Below, in pieces: positions 17,815 to 27,790 of a stretch of DNA of 64,000 nucleotides (within the stretch, counting starts at the first letter, position 1; each line of letters starts with the position of its first letter). The notes below the pieces were generated by a model. It was not told where the DNA came from. It saw nothing but the letters and a program-made list of their open reading frames with translations, and made no database searches. Where the stretch lies: IMG/VR virus record IMGVR_UViG_3300037264_001145, positions 1 to 64,000 of that record; one strand, 5' to 3'. A program made the translations under genes and the position numbers. Source of the DNA: a virus.

Positions 17815-19860
17815 ATGGCCAAAACAGAAAGTTTTTATACTAGTGACGGAAACTATATTCTTCCAGATAAAGTGTCCGTAACCCACGGTAGTCGAGCAAT
17901 GGGTAGTTCGTCAGACATTAATCTCAAGACTGGACATAATCGTTACGATACTGAATACCATCGTCCAGAAGATAAAATTCCAACCACCTACCAAGAAATG
18001 ATACAATTGTGTCAAGGAATTTACAAAAAGAACGGACTAGTAAGAAATATAATAGACTTAATGGCGGATTTTGCTTCCGAAGGGATAGATTTAAGACACC
18101 CCATTAAAAGCCAGGAAAGATTTTATAAAGAATGGGCAAAAAGGGTTGATTTAGAAGCTAGAGCTCATGACTTCATGAAATATTTGATGCGTGACGCAAA
18201 CGTGGTTGTGCGTAGAAAGAATGCTTTGATCGGAAAGCCTGCCGTAAAGAAGATGAGCAAGGCAGATTTTTATGGTTCGGAACCATTGGATGAAACCAAG
18301 ACGCCCGAACTGTTAGAGAAAGTTGATCCTGATCAAAAGAAGGGTAATAAAAAAGAAATTCCCTGGAGTTATGTATTCTTATCCCCAGCCATGGTTGAAA
18401 AAATAGGTGGGGCTGTTGGTAAATTTTTTGGTAGCCAGCAACTGGCTATGAGAATATCTACCGAATTACAACAATCTATAACTAATCCAAAAACAGACGC
18501 AGAAAAAGAATTTGTGAAAAAAATTCCCGAAGCCATTAGAAAAGCTGCCAAAAAGGGTGTTAGATTAATAGCTCTTGATCCAGAATTAACGTATGTAGAG
18601 TATTACGAGAAGGACGACTGGGAGGATTGGGGAACTCCATTTTTGATGGGAATAGTAGAAGATATTCTCTTAAAAGACAAAATGAAACAAGCAGATATGG
18701 CGGCATTAGATGGTGTTGTGAATGCTGTTAGACTATGGAAACTTGGAAATTCAGATAAACAAATATTCCCAACCCCCACAGCCGTAAATAAGTTAGTTAA
18801 CATACTTCAGCACAATGTAGGTGGTGGAGTAATGGATCTTGTCTGGGATGATATGATTGATTTTAAAATAGACTATCCCCCAGTAGATCAGATTCTTGGA
18901 TCGGCAAAATACGAATCGGTAAACAAAGATATCATAAGAGGTTTGGGAGTACCAGATGCTTTGATAGGTGGTAGCGAAAGCGCAAACAGCAACGCCCAGA
19001 CAGCTTTTGTCCAGCTAAAAACACTCGTAGAAAGACTAGAATATGTTAGGGCAAAATGTATCAGATGGATAGAGAACGAGTTACAATTAGTGGCTGATGC
19101 TGTTGGCTTTGCTAAAATTCCAAAAGTAACTTTTGAAACTATGAGTCTCCGTGATGAAACCGCAGAGAAACAATTAATGATTCAACTGTTAGATCGAAAC
19201 ATCGTATCCACAGAAACTATCCACAAGGTGTTTGGAAAAGACTTCGAGATAGAATTAGAAAATATGAGATTAGAAAATACGATTAGAAGTAAGAATCCAG
19301 AACTATTAGAAAAAGCAAATCCGTATTATACACCATTAAGTACGATGCGATTTCAAAAAGATACTCAGATGGAAATGAAAAAAACTGAAATGGGAGGAGA
19401 CAATCCTAATGGGGACCAACCTAAGAAACAAGGGCAAACCCCTCCCGGAAGACCTCCGAATTTAAAAGATACAAAAGTAAGAAAACCTCGCACCCCCAAA
19501 GTTTTAGCCGCACTCAAGGCTAGAGCCGAGGAGATAGTAGAAGAAATAGATTCGATTATAGATCCAATATTTTTGTCTAAAAATGATATAAAAAACATAA
19601 GGTCTTTATCAAAACAACAAAAAGAAGAACTTAGGAATGTTAAGTTTTTGATATTGTCTAATATTAATGTTGGAGACAGTATAACACTAGCATTAATAGA
19701 AAATATAGTTGCTAATCCAAACAATAGTAGAATTAATGATTTTTATAATGTTTTAAATGAACTTTGTTTAGAATATAAAACACAACACAATAAAGAGTTG
19801 TCTATTGGTGTAATTAAATCTTTGTCAGCCTCTTGTTGGGCTATTTTGGTTGATAACTAA
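17815..19860 (+). CDS. Portal protein
   Basis: Position after terL; YKKNGLVRNIIDLMADF; WGTPF; 681 aa with a C-terminal extension. Confidence 0.8.
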   Translation: MAKTESFYTSDGNYILPDKVSVTHGSRAMGSSSDINLKTGHNRYDTEYHRPEDKIPTTYQEMIQLCQGIYKKNGLVRNIIDLMADFASEGIDLRHPIKSQERFYKEWAKRVDLEARAHDFMKYLMRDANVVVRRKNALIGKPAVKKMSKADFYGSEPLDETKTPELLEKVDPDQKKGNKKEIPWSYVFLSPAMVEKIGGAVGKFFGSQQLAMRISTELQQSITNPKTDAEKEFVKKIPEAIRKAAKKGVRLIALDPELTYVEYYEKDDWEDWGTPFLMGIVEDILLKDKMKQADMAALDGVVNAVRLWKLGNSDKQIFPTPTAVNKLVNILQHNVGGGVMDLVWDDMIDFKIDYPPVDQILGSAKYESVNKDIIRGLGVPDALIGGSESANSNAQTAFVQLKTLVERLEYVRAKCIRWIENELQLVADAVGFAKIPKVTFETMSLRDETAEKQLMIQLLDRNIVSTETIHKVFGKDFEIELENMRLENTIRSKNPELLEKANPYYTPLSTMRFQKDTQMEMKKTEMGGDNPNGDQPKKQGQTPPGRPPNLKDTKVRKPRTPKVLAALKARAEEIVEEIDSIIDPIFLSKNDIKNIRSLSKQQKEELRNVKFLILSNINVGDSITLALIENIVANPNNSRINDFYNVLNELCLEYKTQHNKELSIGVIKSLSASCWAILVDN

Positions 19861-19876
19861 TTAAGGAGAGAAAACT

Positions 19877-20203
19877 ATGGCAATGACTGTTATTTCGGTT
19901 GATACAGAAACACAGGAATGTGTTTTAACGGTAAATGGCGTTTTGGTTCCTGCGGACGAAGTGTTTTTCTCTAAATATATTGATTATGACGGAAATGTTC
20001 ACAAAGACCTAACCTATTCCGTAGAAACATCGAATGTGGACGGTGTGAAACAAAGAACTCAATTTACCATGGTCAGGAAGGATGATCCCGAATATTCAAG
20101 CGAAAATAGTGGATTGGTTGCCAAAGAAATAAAAGATAAAGGTAGACTTTATGAAGAGCTACAGGCTTTCGTTAGCCTGCATTCTAATAAAGCAACTATT
20201 TAA
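19877..20203 (+). CDS. Hypothetical head-region protein
   Basis: AAGGAG RBS; between portal and protease. Confidence 0.6.
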   Translation: MAMTVISVDTETQECVLTVNGVLVPADEVFFSKYIDYDGNVHKDLTYSVETSNVDGVKQRTQFTMVRKDDPEYSSENSGLVAKEIKDKGRLYEELQAFVSLHSNKATI

Positions 20204-20248
20204 TATAGAAAGATCTTTATTGTAATATTTGTTGTGTATTAATAATAG

Positions 20249-21664
20249 ATGGCTATTCAGACATACGCTCAAGAAATCAAGGACGGCATGAAGGACAAGG
20301 TAGAGAAATCCTCTGTTTGTCTTACTGCCGCTTGTGCTATTTCAAATCCAGCAGATAATTTAGAATTGGATAATTTTATCAAGACATTAAAAAGTCGTGC
20401 AGATTTCAATACTTTAAAAGATGTAATAGGTATGGATCAGCCAGACTTAGCTTTGCTGGTTTCTGTTTTAGTTAGCACTGGGTGGAATTTAAACGACGAT
20501 GTTTTCTTGGCAGAAGAATTAATAGCCGCAAAAGATACTCCTGTACATAAGCCAATTGATTATGAGCATGACCCAAGTATTATATTGGGACACATGATCA
20601 AAAGCCGTCTAGTTGACAAACATGGAAAAGAAGTGGGGGCAGATAGTGTTCCTGAGAATTTTGATATAGAGGTAGCTGGCGTGCTTTATAAATCCATGCC
20701 GGTAATTGACGTTATTGTTAAAAGCATTTTAGAAAAAGCAAATAGCGGTAACATGTTTGTTTCTATGGAATGTTATTTTAACGATTTCTCTTACAGTTTT
20801 AGGGATGATAAAGGGGAAACTAGGGTTGTTGGTAGAAACGATGAAACTTCGTTTCTGACAAAACATCTACGAGTATATGGTGGTTCTGGAGAATATAAAG
20901 GATATAAGATTGGCAGAGTTCTAAAGAACATTGTTTTTGGTGGACAGGGCTTGGTAGAAAATCCTGCCAATCCAGATTCGGTGATAAGAATTGCTGCAAG
21001 TAAAACTGTGTCCGAGAAGGATACTCAACTTAATTTAACGAAAGGGGGTGCCGAAAAGATGGACGAAGAGATGAAGAAAAAGCTAGAAGAGGCTTTAGCT
21101 GCTATTGTTTCTAAAGACGAGCAAATTGCAAGTCTTACAAAAGGACTAGAATCCGTTAAGGAACTAAATAAGCAAGAAGCAGAAAAAACTATCGCTGGTT
21201 TTGAAACCAAGGTCAAAGATTTGTCTGATAAACTTACTGTCGCTCTAGAAACTGTTAAAACTCTAGAAGCAGAAAAAGTTACTATGGCAAAAGAACTAGA
21301 AACCGTAAAGACAAAAGCTGTTGAATTTGGCAAAGAACTGTTGGAGATCAAGAAACGAGAAAAGGCAACCGAAAGATTCGCCAAGCTATCTACGCTTCGA
21401 ACAATCGAAGACAAAGATAAGGAAGCAGTAATGAAGGAAATCGCCGAACTATCAGACGAAACCTTTGAGACTGTTTGTAAGTATTCTGGAATGCCAGAAA
21501 CAAAAACTGAGGCCACTGCATCTTTAAAAGATGTAGAAGTCATTGTGACCCCTGACGTTCAGGTTGGCTCAGAGAAGATAGAAGACGAACTAGCAAAGGT
21601 TGCTTTGGCAACAGCTAATTGTTTACTGCAAGTTAAAGAAAAAGTTAAAGAAGGGGGTGAATAA
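20249..21664 (+). CDS. Prohead protease/scaffold fusion
   Basis: N-terminal domain NLNDDVF...IDYEH...VSMEC...GQGLVENPA; C-terminal coiled coil; precedes the capsid genes. Confidence 0.75.
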   Translation: MAIQTYAQEIKDGMKDKVEKSSVCLTAACAISNPADNLELDNFIKTLKSRADFNTLKDVIGMDQPDLALLVSVLVSTGWNLNDDVFLAEELIAAKDTPVHKPIDYEHDPSIILGHMIKSRLVDKHGKEVGADSVPENFDIEVAGVLYKSMPVIDVIVKSILEKANSGNMFVSMECYFNDFSYSFRDDKGETRVVGRNDETSFLTKHLRVYGGSGEYKGYKIGRVLKNIVFGGQGLVENPANPDSVIRIAASKTVSEKDTQLNLTKGGAEKMDEEMKKKLEEALAAIVSKDEQIASLTKGLESVKELNKQEAEKTIAGFETKVKDLSDKLTVALETVKTLEAEKVTMAKELETVKTKAVEFGKELLEIKKREKATERFAKLSTLRTIEDKDKEAVMKEIAELSDETFETVCKYSGMPETKTEATASLKDVEVIVTPDVQVGSEKIEDELAKVALATANCLLQVKEKVKEGGE

Positions 21665-21666
21665 TA

Positions 21667-22140
21667 ATGGCTCTTAGACCAGATCGTGAGTATAATGAGG
21701 TAACAGATATCAGTTACTTTTGGTCCAACGAAGCTGCGCAAGCAACACAGGAGAAGGGTGGAATTGCGTGCCTAGAGGGGACTGGCGGATCAGGCGTTTC
21801 ACTAGACGACGCATCTAACCTTGCCCAGTATGCGACTGTCGGTTCAGGTAGTATTCCGCTCGGCGTTCTTCTGCAAGACGTTAATCCTCCGTTGAGCGCA
21901 ACCAGAGACTTCAAGAATTTCTATAATATGGAAGTCCGTCCCGGAGAGAAAGTAACACTAGTAAGAAAAGGTTGGGTTGTTACCGATATGGTTAGCGGTA
22001 CTCCTGGTGTTGGTGGAATAGCTTATGTTGGTCCAAGTGGACTAATCGCTACCACGTCACTAAATTCCGCACCAGCTGTTGGTAGATTTGAAAGTCTTGT
22101 CGATGCAGATGGATTCTGCAAAATTTATATTGATCTTTAA
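21667..22140 (+). CDS. Capsid decoration/cement protein
   Basis: 157 aa directly upstream of the MCP; PLGVLLQDV...GEKVTLVRKGWVVT. Confidence 0.7.
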   Translation: MALRPDREYNEVTDISYFWSNEAAQATQEKGGIACLEGTGGSGVSLDDASNLAQYATVGSGSIPLGVLLQDVNPPLSATRDFKNFYNMEVRPGEKVTLVRKGWVVTDMVSGTPGVGGIAYVGPSGLIATTSLNSAPAVGRFESLVDADGFCKIYIDL

Positions 22141-22159
22141 GAAAAGGGGGTGAATACGG

Positions 22160-23188
22160 ATGAAAGCAAAAGATAAAATTCAAAGACCAAGCGACGAAAT
22201 GCTCGCATTACTAAAACGAACCGCTTCTAGCAATAAGGCTGAAGCTGATGTTGCTATGCAGGCTTTAGCAGCCGCTCTTCAAATCCCTCTTCGTGAGGGT
22301 CTATTGAACGGCGATATTCTTGATAACATCTTTTCTGTCGAGCCACTAGATCCAGGCGCTACAGCAGAGTATCCACTAGATTTGTATCAGCAACACAATG
22401 ATGGACAGTACACAGCTTATGTAATTCCAAGTGAAGGGGCTATTCCTCAACGCACGGTCGTTAGCGATAGCGTCACTGTCAACACATATAAAGTTGGTAA
22501 CTCGATTGATTGGCAACTTGATTATGCTCGACAAGCACGATGGAATGTAGTTGCACGAGCTATGGAAGTTCTGCAAGGTGGGTTTATTCGTAAGTTTAAT
22601 ACCGATGGTTGGAGTGCTCTGATTTCGGCTGCGGCTGGAAGAACAGACTATTTGGGTGGCGCTCCGATGGTATTTGATAGCGGTGCTGCTGTAGGCCAGT
22701 TCACCAAACGCCTAGTAAGTTTGATGAAAACCACAATGGCTCGTTTAGCTGGTGGAAATAGTTCTTCACCAAATCGCGGACGATTAACCGATATTTATAT
22801 CAGCGAAGAAGCTCTCGAAGATATTCGTGAGTGGGATCTCGACGATATAGATGATGTTACACGACGAGAAATTTTCCAAGCGGGCGACAGTGGCCCATTG
22901 GCGAAAATCTATGGCGTTAATCTTCATCCTTTGTTCGAGCTTGGTGTTGGCCAGGAATTCCAAGTTTACGCTGATAGTATTGGCGTAGTTATGGGCACCA
23001 GTGACGAAGAAATTGTTGTAGGTCTCGACCTCAGCAAGAACGATTCGTTCGTAATGCCAGTCAAGGAACCAATCACTGTGTTCGATGATCCATTCCTGCA
23101 CCGTAGAGGAAAAGCGGGCGTATATGCGTGGACTAATATTGGCTTTGGAGTACTCGATCCGCGCAGGGTGATTTTGGGCAGCCTGTAG
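22160..23188 (+). CDS. Major capsid protein (HK97-like)
   Basis: 342 aa, head-module position, followed by a strong terminator; C-terminal G.Y.W..IGFGVLDPRRVILG. Confidence 0.85.
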   Translation: MKAKDKIQRPSDEMLALLKRTASSNKAEADVAMQALAAALQIPLREGLLNGDILDNIFSVEPLDPGATAEYPLDLYQQHNDGQYTAYVIPSEGAIPQRTVVSDSVTVNTYKVGNSIDWQLDYARQARWNVVARAMEVLQGGFIRKFNTDGWSALISAAAGRTDYLGGAPMVFDSGAAVGQFTKRLVSLMKTTMARLAGGNSSSPNRGRLTDIYISEEALEDIREWDLDDIDDVTRREIFQAGDSGPLAKIYGVNLHPLFELGVGQEFQVYADSIGVVMGTSDEEIVVGLDLSKNDSFVMPVKEPITVFDDPFLHRRGKAGVYAWTNIGFGVLDPRRVILGSL

Positions 23189-23234
23189 GGTTATGCTCGG
23201 ATCATTCTAAGTTTTTAATACAAAGTATTAATAT

Positions 23235-23270
23235 AAGAAAATGGGGATTTCGGTCCCCATTTTTCTTTTT
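23235..23270 (+). terminator. Rho-independent terminator after the MCP
   Basis: AAAATGGGGAT-TTCG-GTCCCCATTTT followed by a T-tract. Confidence 0.85.
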
Positions 23271-23353
23271 ATACGTCCTATAACCCAAGTTATTAGGTTT
23301 TAAAAATTGTGTATAAATTAAAGGTTGAAAGATCTTTATTTAATGGTTAAAGT

Positions 23354-24328
23354 ATGGCTACATATTACGTAAGTGCGGCATCTGGAAGTGATACTGATGA
23401 TGGATCAACCGAAGCCTTGGCGTGGTTAACCATAGACCACGCCATGAACACAGTAGTAGCCGGTGATCACGTCTACATTAAAAGTGACGGCAATTATAAT
23501 GAAACTGCTACACTAGATACTGTTGGAACACTCGCGGCCCCCATTGTTTTTGAAGGATATGCTTCTGTCACAGGAGACAATGGTGTTGCTGTTATTGATG
23601 GGCAAGATACAAGAGCAAACTGTCTTGCTGATAGCGTTGGGTCAACAACAATTATGCATTATGTTTTCAAGAATCTTCGTTTAACACAAGCTACGGGTCG
23701 TGGGGCGTTACTAGCAAACAGGATACATTTCTATAGATGTAAATTTGATAATAACGGAACTCACGGAGCAGATCTTGGAAATGCATGGTTCATTCAATGC
23801 GAATTTTCCGATAACGCAAATGATGGGGCTAATAATCTTAATACTGGTACTGTTCATTTTTATGCTGGTTGTCGTTTTTATAGAAACGTAAATAGTGGAT
23901 TCACACTGTCTACTGGTCATGCGATTTTGTTTGGCTGTGAATTTTTTAGCAATGGTAGTAACGGTGTTGTATTGGGTTCAGCAACTTCCATGTTTGTTGT
24001 AAATTGTACCTTTGATGGTGATAGTAAGGATAGTATCATCTGTCTTCAAACCACAACAAGTAATGGTCCAATATTATGTTTAAATAATGTTATTTACGAT
24101 GGGATTACAGGAATACAGAACCAAACTGCCCAGGGTGTTGAAAATTACATGTCTTTTAATAATTTAATAAATTCCAATACAACAGATTATACAAACGCAA
24201 GTACTCTTGAGGGTGAAATTACGTCGGCTCCAGGGTTTTATAACGAAGGCGTTAACGATTATAGACCGGGGGATGGGTCTGCATTGTCTGGTGCGGGATT
24301 TGACGCCAATAAAATAGAGGGATTTTAA
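23354..24328 (+). CDS. Right-handed beta-helix (pectin lyase-like) virion protein, copy A
   Basis: YYVSAASGSD.DDG N-terminus; repeated C.F..N ladder; 324 aa. Confidence 0.75.
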   Translation: MATYYVSAASGSDTDDGSTEALAWLTIDHAMNTVVAGDHVYIKSDGNYNETATLDTVGTLAAPIVFEGYASVTGDNGVAVIDGQDTRANCLADSVGSTTIMHYVFKNLRLTQATGRGALLANRIHFYRCKFDNNGTHGADLGNAWFIQCEFSDNANDGANNLNTGTVHFYAGCRFYRNVNSGFTLSTGHAILFGCEFFSNGSNGVVLGSATSMFVVNCTFDGDSKDSIICLQTTTSNGPILCLNNVIYDGITGIQNQTAQGVENYMSFNNLINSNTTDYTNASTLEGEITSAPGFYNEGVNDYRPGDGSALSGAGFDANKIEGF

Positions 24329-24447
24329 ATGTCTATATATTACGTAAGTGCGGCATCTGGAAGTGATACTGATGATGGATCAACCGAAGCCTTGGCGTGG
24401 TTAACCATAGACCACGCCATGAACACAGTAGTAGCCGGTGATCACGT
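23362..24447. repeat. 111-bp perfect direct repeat (23362-23472 and 24337-24447)
   Basis: Identical 5' ends of copies A and B at a 975-bp offset; also a 28-bp identity at 24291-24318 and 25266-25293. Confidence 0.9.
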
Positions 24448-25303
24448 TTATGTTAAAAATGATGGTAATTATAATGAACTTGCAACAATTGACACGACTG
24501 GAACAGTGGCAGCCCCAATTGTTTTCGAAGGATACGCTTCTGTAACAGGAGATAATGGTGTTGCTACTATTCATGGACAATCTTCAAGAGCCAATGGTGT
24601 TACTACTACTCTTACGGCAGGAACAAATACTAATTATGTTTTCAAAAATATTCGCATTACCGGACACACAGGAACAGGATTTTTAGCCGCGACCGACAAC
24701 TTACAGTTTATTCGCTGTAAGTTTGATACTAATGGTTCAAGTGGATGTAGTTGTCGCTCTTCTACACATATTCAATGTGAATATTCTAACAACACATTAG
24801 ATGGCTCTATAAGCACTGGATCATCAACATTATACTATGCTGGTTGCCGTTTCTATCGCAACGGAAGACATGGAGTAAATCAAGCAACTGGCAATTTATA
24901 TCTCTTTGCTTGTGAATTTTTTAGCAATGTGACAAATAATATTCTTTTTGCTAACGGGACTTTGTTGACTGTTATCAACTGCACTATTGATGGAGACGGT
25001 AATGATTCTGACGCCGGAATAGCAACAACGACAGGAAATGGTTTTCAACTATTAATAAACAACGTAATCTATGATTGTGTAACAGGAATTAGTAATGCTG
25101 TTGCGCAAGGGGTTGAAAACTACGCATCTATACACAACTTAGTAAACGCAAATGGAACTCCGTACACCAATGCAAGTACTCTTGAAGGAGAGATCACGTC
25201 GGCACCAGAATTTCATGATGAAGCCAACAATGATTATCGACCTGGGTTTAGTTCTCCGCTACTTAGTGCGGGATTTGACGCCAATAAAATAGAAGGGTTT
25301 TAA
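24329..25303 (+). CDS. Right-handed beta-helix virion protein, copy B
   Basis: Tandem paralog of copy A, also 324 aa. Confidence 0.75.
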   Translation: MSIYYVSAASGSDTDDGSTEALAWLTIDHAMNTVVAGDHVYVKNDGNYNELATIDTTGTVAAPIVFEGYASVTGDNGVATIHGQSSRANGVTTTLTAGTNTNYVFKNIRITGHTGTGFLAATDNLQFIRCKFDTNGSSGCSCRSSTHIQCEYSNNTLDGSISTGSSTLYYAGCRFYRNGRHGVNQATGNLYLFACEFFSNVTNNILFANGTLLTVINCTIDGDGNDSDAGIATTTGNGFQLLINNVIYDCVTGISNAVAQGVENYASIHNLVNANGTPYTNASTLEGEITSAPEFHDEANNDYRPGFSSPLLSAGFDANKIEGF

Positions 25304-25306
25304 CTT

Positions 25307-27373
25307 ATGTCGATTGATATTGGCGCTCTTCAGCTTTATCACATAGACATAGGCGCACTTCAGGGTGAAACCATACCAATTGGTGAAATTACAGATACCA
25401 TAGATTTATTTGCTCATGGACACACATCCGTAGATGATACTATAACCCTTTTTATTGAAGGATTTACTACAGATGAGGTTCTAACTCTATTTATCTCTGG
25501 ATACAGAGAAGGCACTCGATTATATTTACCTTCTAGTTCTTCGGCACCTTCAATTTATCCTGCCATAAGCAATACGTGGGATTTATCAACGCCTGGGGGT
25601 ATTACTTGTCCTGGTAATACTTATGGTATACGCAAATGTCATACAATAAAAAACAATAGTGCTATAACACCCATAAGAACGACTATAGAGTGTTATGATG
25701 AGGATTCTGATTTAGATCTTATAGCATTTCAATACGTATCTCATCCTTTAACTCCTGGACAAACGATTTATGGTGGACCACCACAAGCTCCTGATTTTAG
25801 ATTAAATAATTTTACAATAGTTTACCAGGGGAAAGAAGATTATAGCCTCAATAGTCTGGTAACTAGTTATATAGCTCGGATTATAGGTCGTGACGGAGAA
25901 GTTCGCAAAATTCTTTTCGATCACGCAAGACGGGGGCCAGAATTCCCTGTAGGATATTTTAGAAGCTGTTATTTTGGCAGGGCAATATTGCCCGGAAACT
26001 ATGTAACTGTACTTGGCGATTGTATCGTTATAGAAATTGGCGTAGCTGGTAATCCAGTAGTTGGTTTTGGTGGTACTTATGATGGATATATAAGGATAGG
26101 CGATCCTGAAGGATGGGATTTGTCAGACGATGGTAATGAAACAGAACCTCTTGCTCCATGGGCCGAGTTGTCTGCTACGTTAGAATTTGATGGACCTGGT
26201 GTTGTAAATGCGGACTGTGATTTATTTATACATGGTCGTACAACTATCAACGATTCGTTAGATCTTATCCTTACTTATCCAAGCTTTCATATTATAGCGT
26301 TAGATTTGTTCCTTAAAGCCCCCGAACCGATAAACGATTCTATTAATTTGTTTACACATAATTTTGAACAGATTACATTTTCCAGCGATCTGTTTATACA
26401 TGGCTACGAACAAATTACAGATTCCGAAGACTTATTTATATGGGGTTGTGCTTCAAAGAACAGGTCTTTCACCATCACCCTTACCTATCCTAGCTTTCAT
26501 ATTATAGCGTTAGATTTGTTCCTTCATGGTTATCAACAAATTACAGCAGATAGCGACCTATTTATATATGGTCATAAATTTAATACTAGTGATATGGATT
26601 TATTCATTTGTGGCCATCAAGATAAAACGACAAATATTGATCTGATAATTTCTGGAAAAGATTCAAACAACCAAGATCTAAACTTGTTCATTAACGGTCA
26701 CGAAGTTGATGTTAATAGTATAGATTTATTTATACATGGACCAGAACAAATTACGGACTCTAGTAATTTATTTATACATGGTTACACCACAATAAACGAT
26801 TCGTTTACTCTCACCTTAACCTATCCCAGCTTCCATATTATACCATTAGACTTGTTCCTTCATGGCTATCAACAAATTACAGTAAATAATGACTTGTTTA
26901 TATACGGCCTCGAACAAATTTCTGATTCTAGCGATTTATTTATACGTGGTCCGGAATCGGCAAATATATCTGTAAATCTTTTTATTAGTGGACCTAGTTC
27001 TGGAGATGATAATTTTGGTCAGAAAATAGAGATGTTATACTTGAAGGGAGATTACTATCCTCAACTAATGGGGAGGTTTACTACCGCCGTAATTTCTGTC
27101 ACAATAGAAGTATGGGAAGTTGGAGAGGGGGTCAATACTCCGATCACAACTTTATTGGATACCGATTGTTACAGCATAGGAAACACTGGAAGATGGGGAT
27201 GGTCAACAAGACACTTTAGGGAATTTTATAGCAAAGTAAATCATTTTGTATTTAGAATGACTGGGGATAATGCTGAAGAATTTCTTGGGGAATTTATTAT
27301 TACGACCGGAAGATCAGAAAGCCACAGGACAGGGAAAGTCAACAAGAACTTGAACTATCAAATAGACGACTAA
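25307..27373 (+). CDS. DLFIxG-repeat fibre-like protein with an inserted globular domain and C-terminal anchor-like domain
   Basis: About 20 copies of a ~14-aa repeat; TYPSFHII x3; C-terminal GRFTT...WGWST domain. Confidence 0.7.
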   Translation: MSIDIGALQLYHIDIGALQGETIPIGEITDTIDLFAHGHTSVDDTITLFIEGFTTDEVLTLFISGYREGTRLYLPSSSSAPSIYPAISNTWDLSTPGGITCPGNTYGIRKCHTIKNNSAITPIRTTIECYDEDSDLDLIAFQYVSHPLTPGQTIYGGPPQAPDFRLNNFTIVYQGKEDYSLNSLVTSYIARIIGRDGEVRKILFDHARRGPEFPVGYFRSCYFGRAILPGNYVTVLGDCIVIEIGVAGNPVVGFGGTYDGYIRIGDPEGWDLSDDGNETEPLAPWAELSATLEFDGPGVVNADCDLFIHGRTTINDSLDLILTYPSFHIIALDLFLKAPEPINDSINLFTHNFEQITFSSDLFIHGYEQITDSEDLFIWGCASKNRSFTITLTYPSFHIIALDLFLHGYQQITADSDLFIYGHKFNTSDMDLFICGHQDKTTNIDLIISGKDSNNQDLNLFINGHEVDVNSIDLFIHGPEQITDSSNLFIHGYTTINDSFTLTLTYPSFHIIPLDLFLHGYQQITVNNDLFIYGLEQISDSSDLFIRGPESANISVNLFISGPSSGDDNFGQKIEMLYLKGDYYPQLMGRFTTAVISVTIEVWEVGEGVNTPITTLLDTDCYSIGNTGRWGWSTRHFREFYSKVNHFVFRMTGDNAEEFLGEFIITTGRSESHRTGKVNKNLNYQIDD

Positions 27374-27406
27374 TATTGTGTATAAATTGTAGTTGAAAGG
27401 TATTTT

Positions 27407-27790
27407 ATGAAATACGAAAACACAGAATTGGTACGTCTTTATGTTGACCAGAAGAAAAGTTGTCACGAAATAGCGCTGCTCGACGGAAGAAGCGAGAGTA
27501 CAATATACAAGATACTGGTTTTAAATAAAGTTGCACTTAGAAATAAATCGGAGGCCAACAAAATATTCGCCGACCTAGTTCTGATAACACTTTACAACCT
27601 CGGCTTGTCCTTTAAACAGATGAGTAGATTATTGGGGATACACCCAACAACGATTTCAAAAAGATTCGACATCCTGCACTTCCCAGTTCGGTCTAGCCAA
27701 GTAGCTAAATCAATAGGATATTCTAATGCGGAATTTCAAAAATATTATTGTAACAACAGATTCATTGATTTATTAAAGGAAATTGTATAA
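27407..27790 (+). CDS. Tandem-HTH DNA-binding protein
   Basis: SCHEIALLDGRSESTIYKIL and SFKQMSRLLGIHPTTISKRF; own TTGTGTATAAAT motif at 27376. Confidence 0.7.
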   Translation: MKYENTELVRLYVDQKKSCHEIALLDGRSESTIYKILVLNKVALRNKSEANKIFADLVLITLYNLGLSFKQMSRLLGIHPTTISKRFDILHFPVRSSQVAKSIGYSNAEFQKYYCNNRFIDLLKEIV

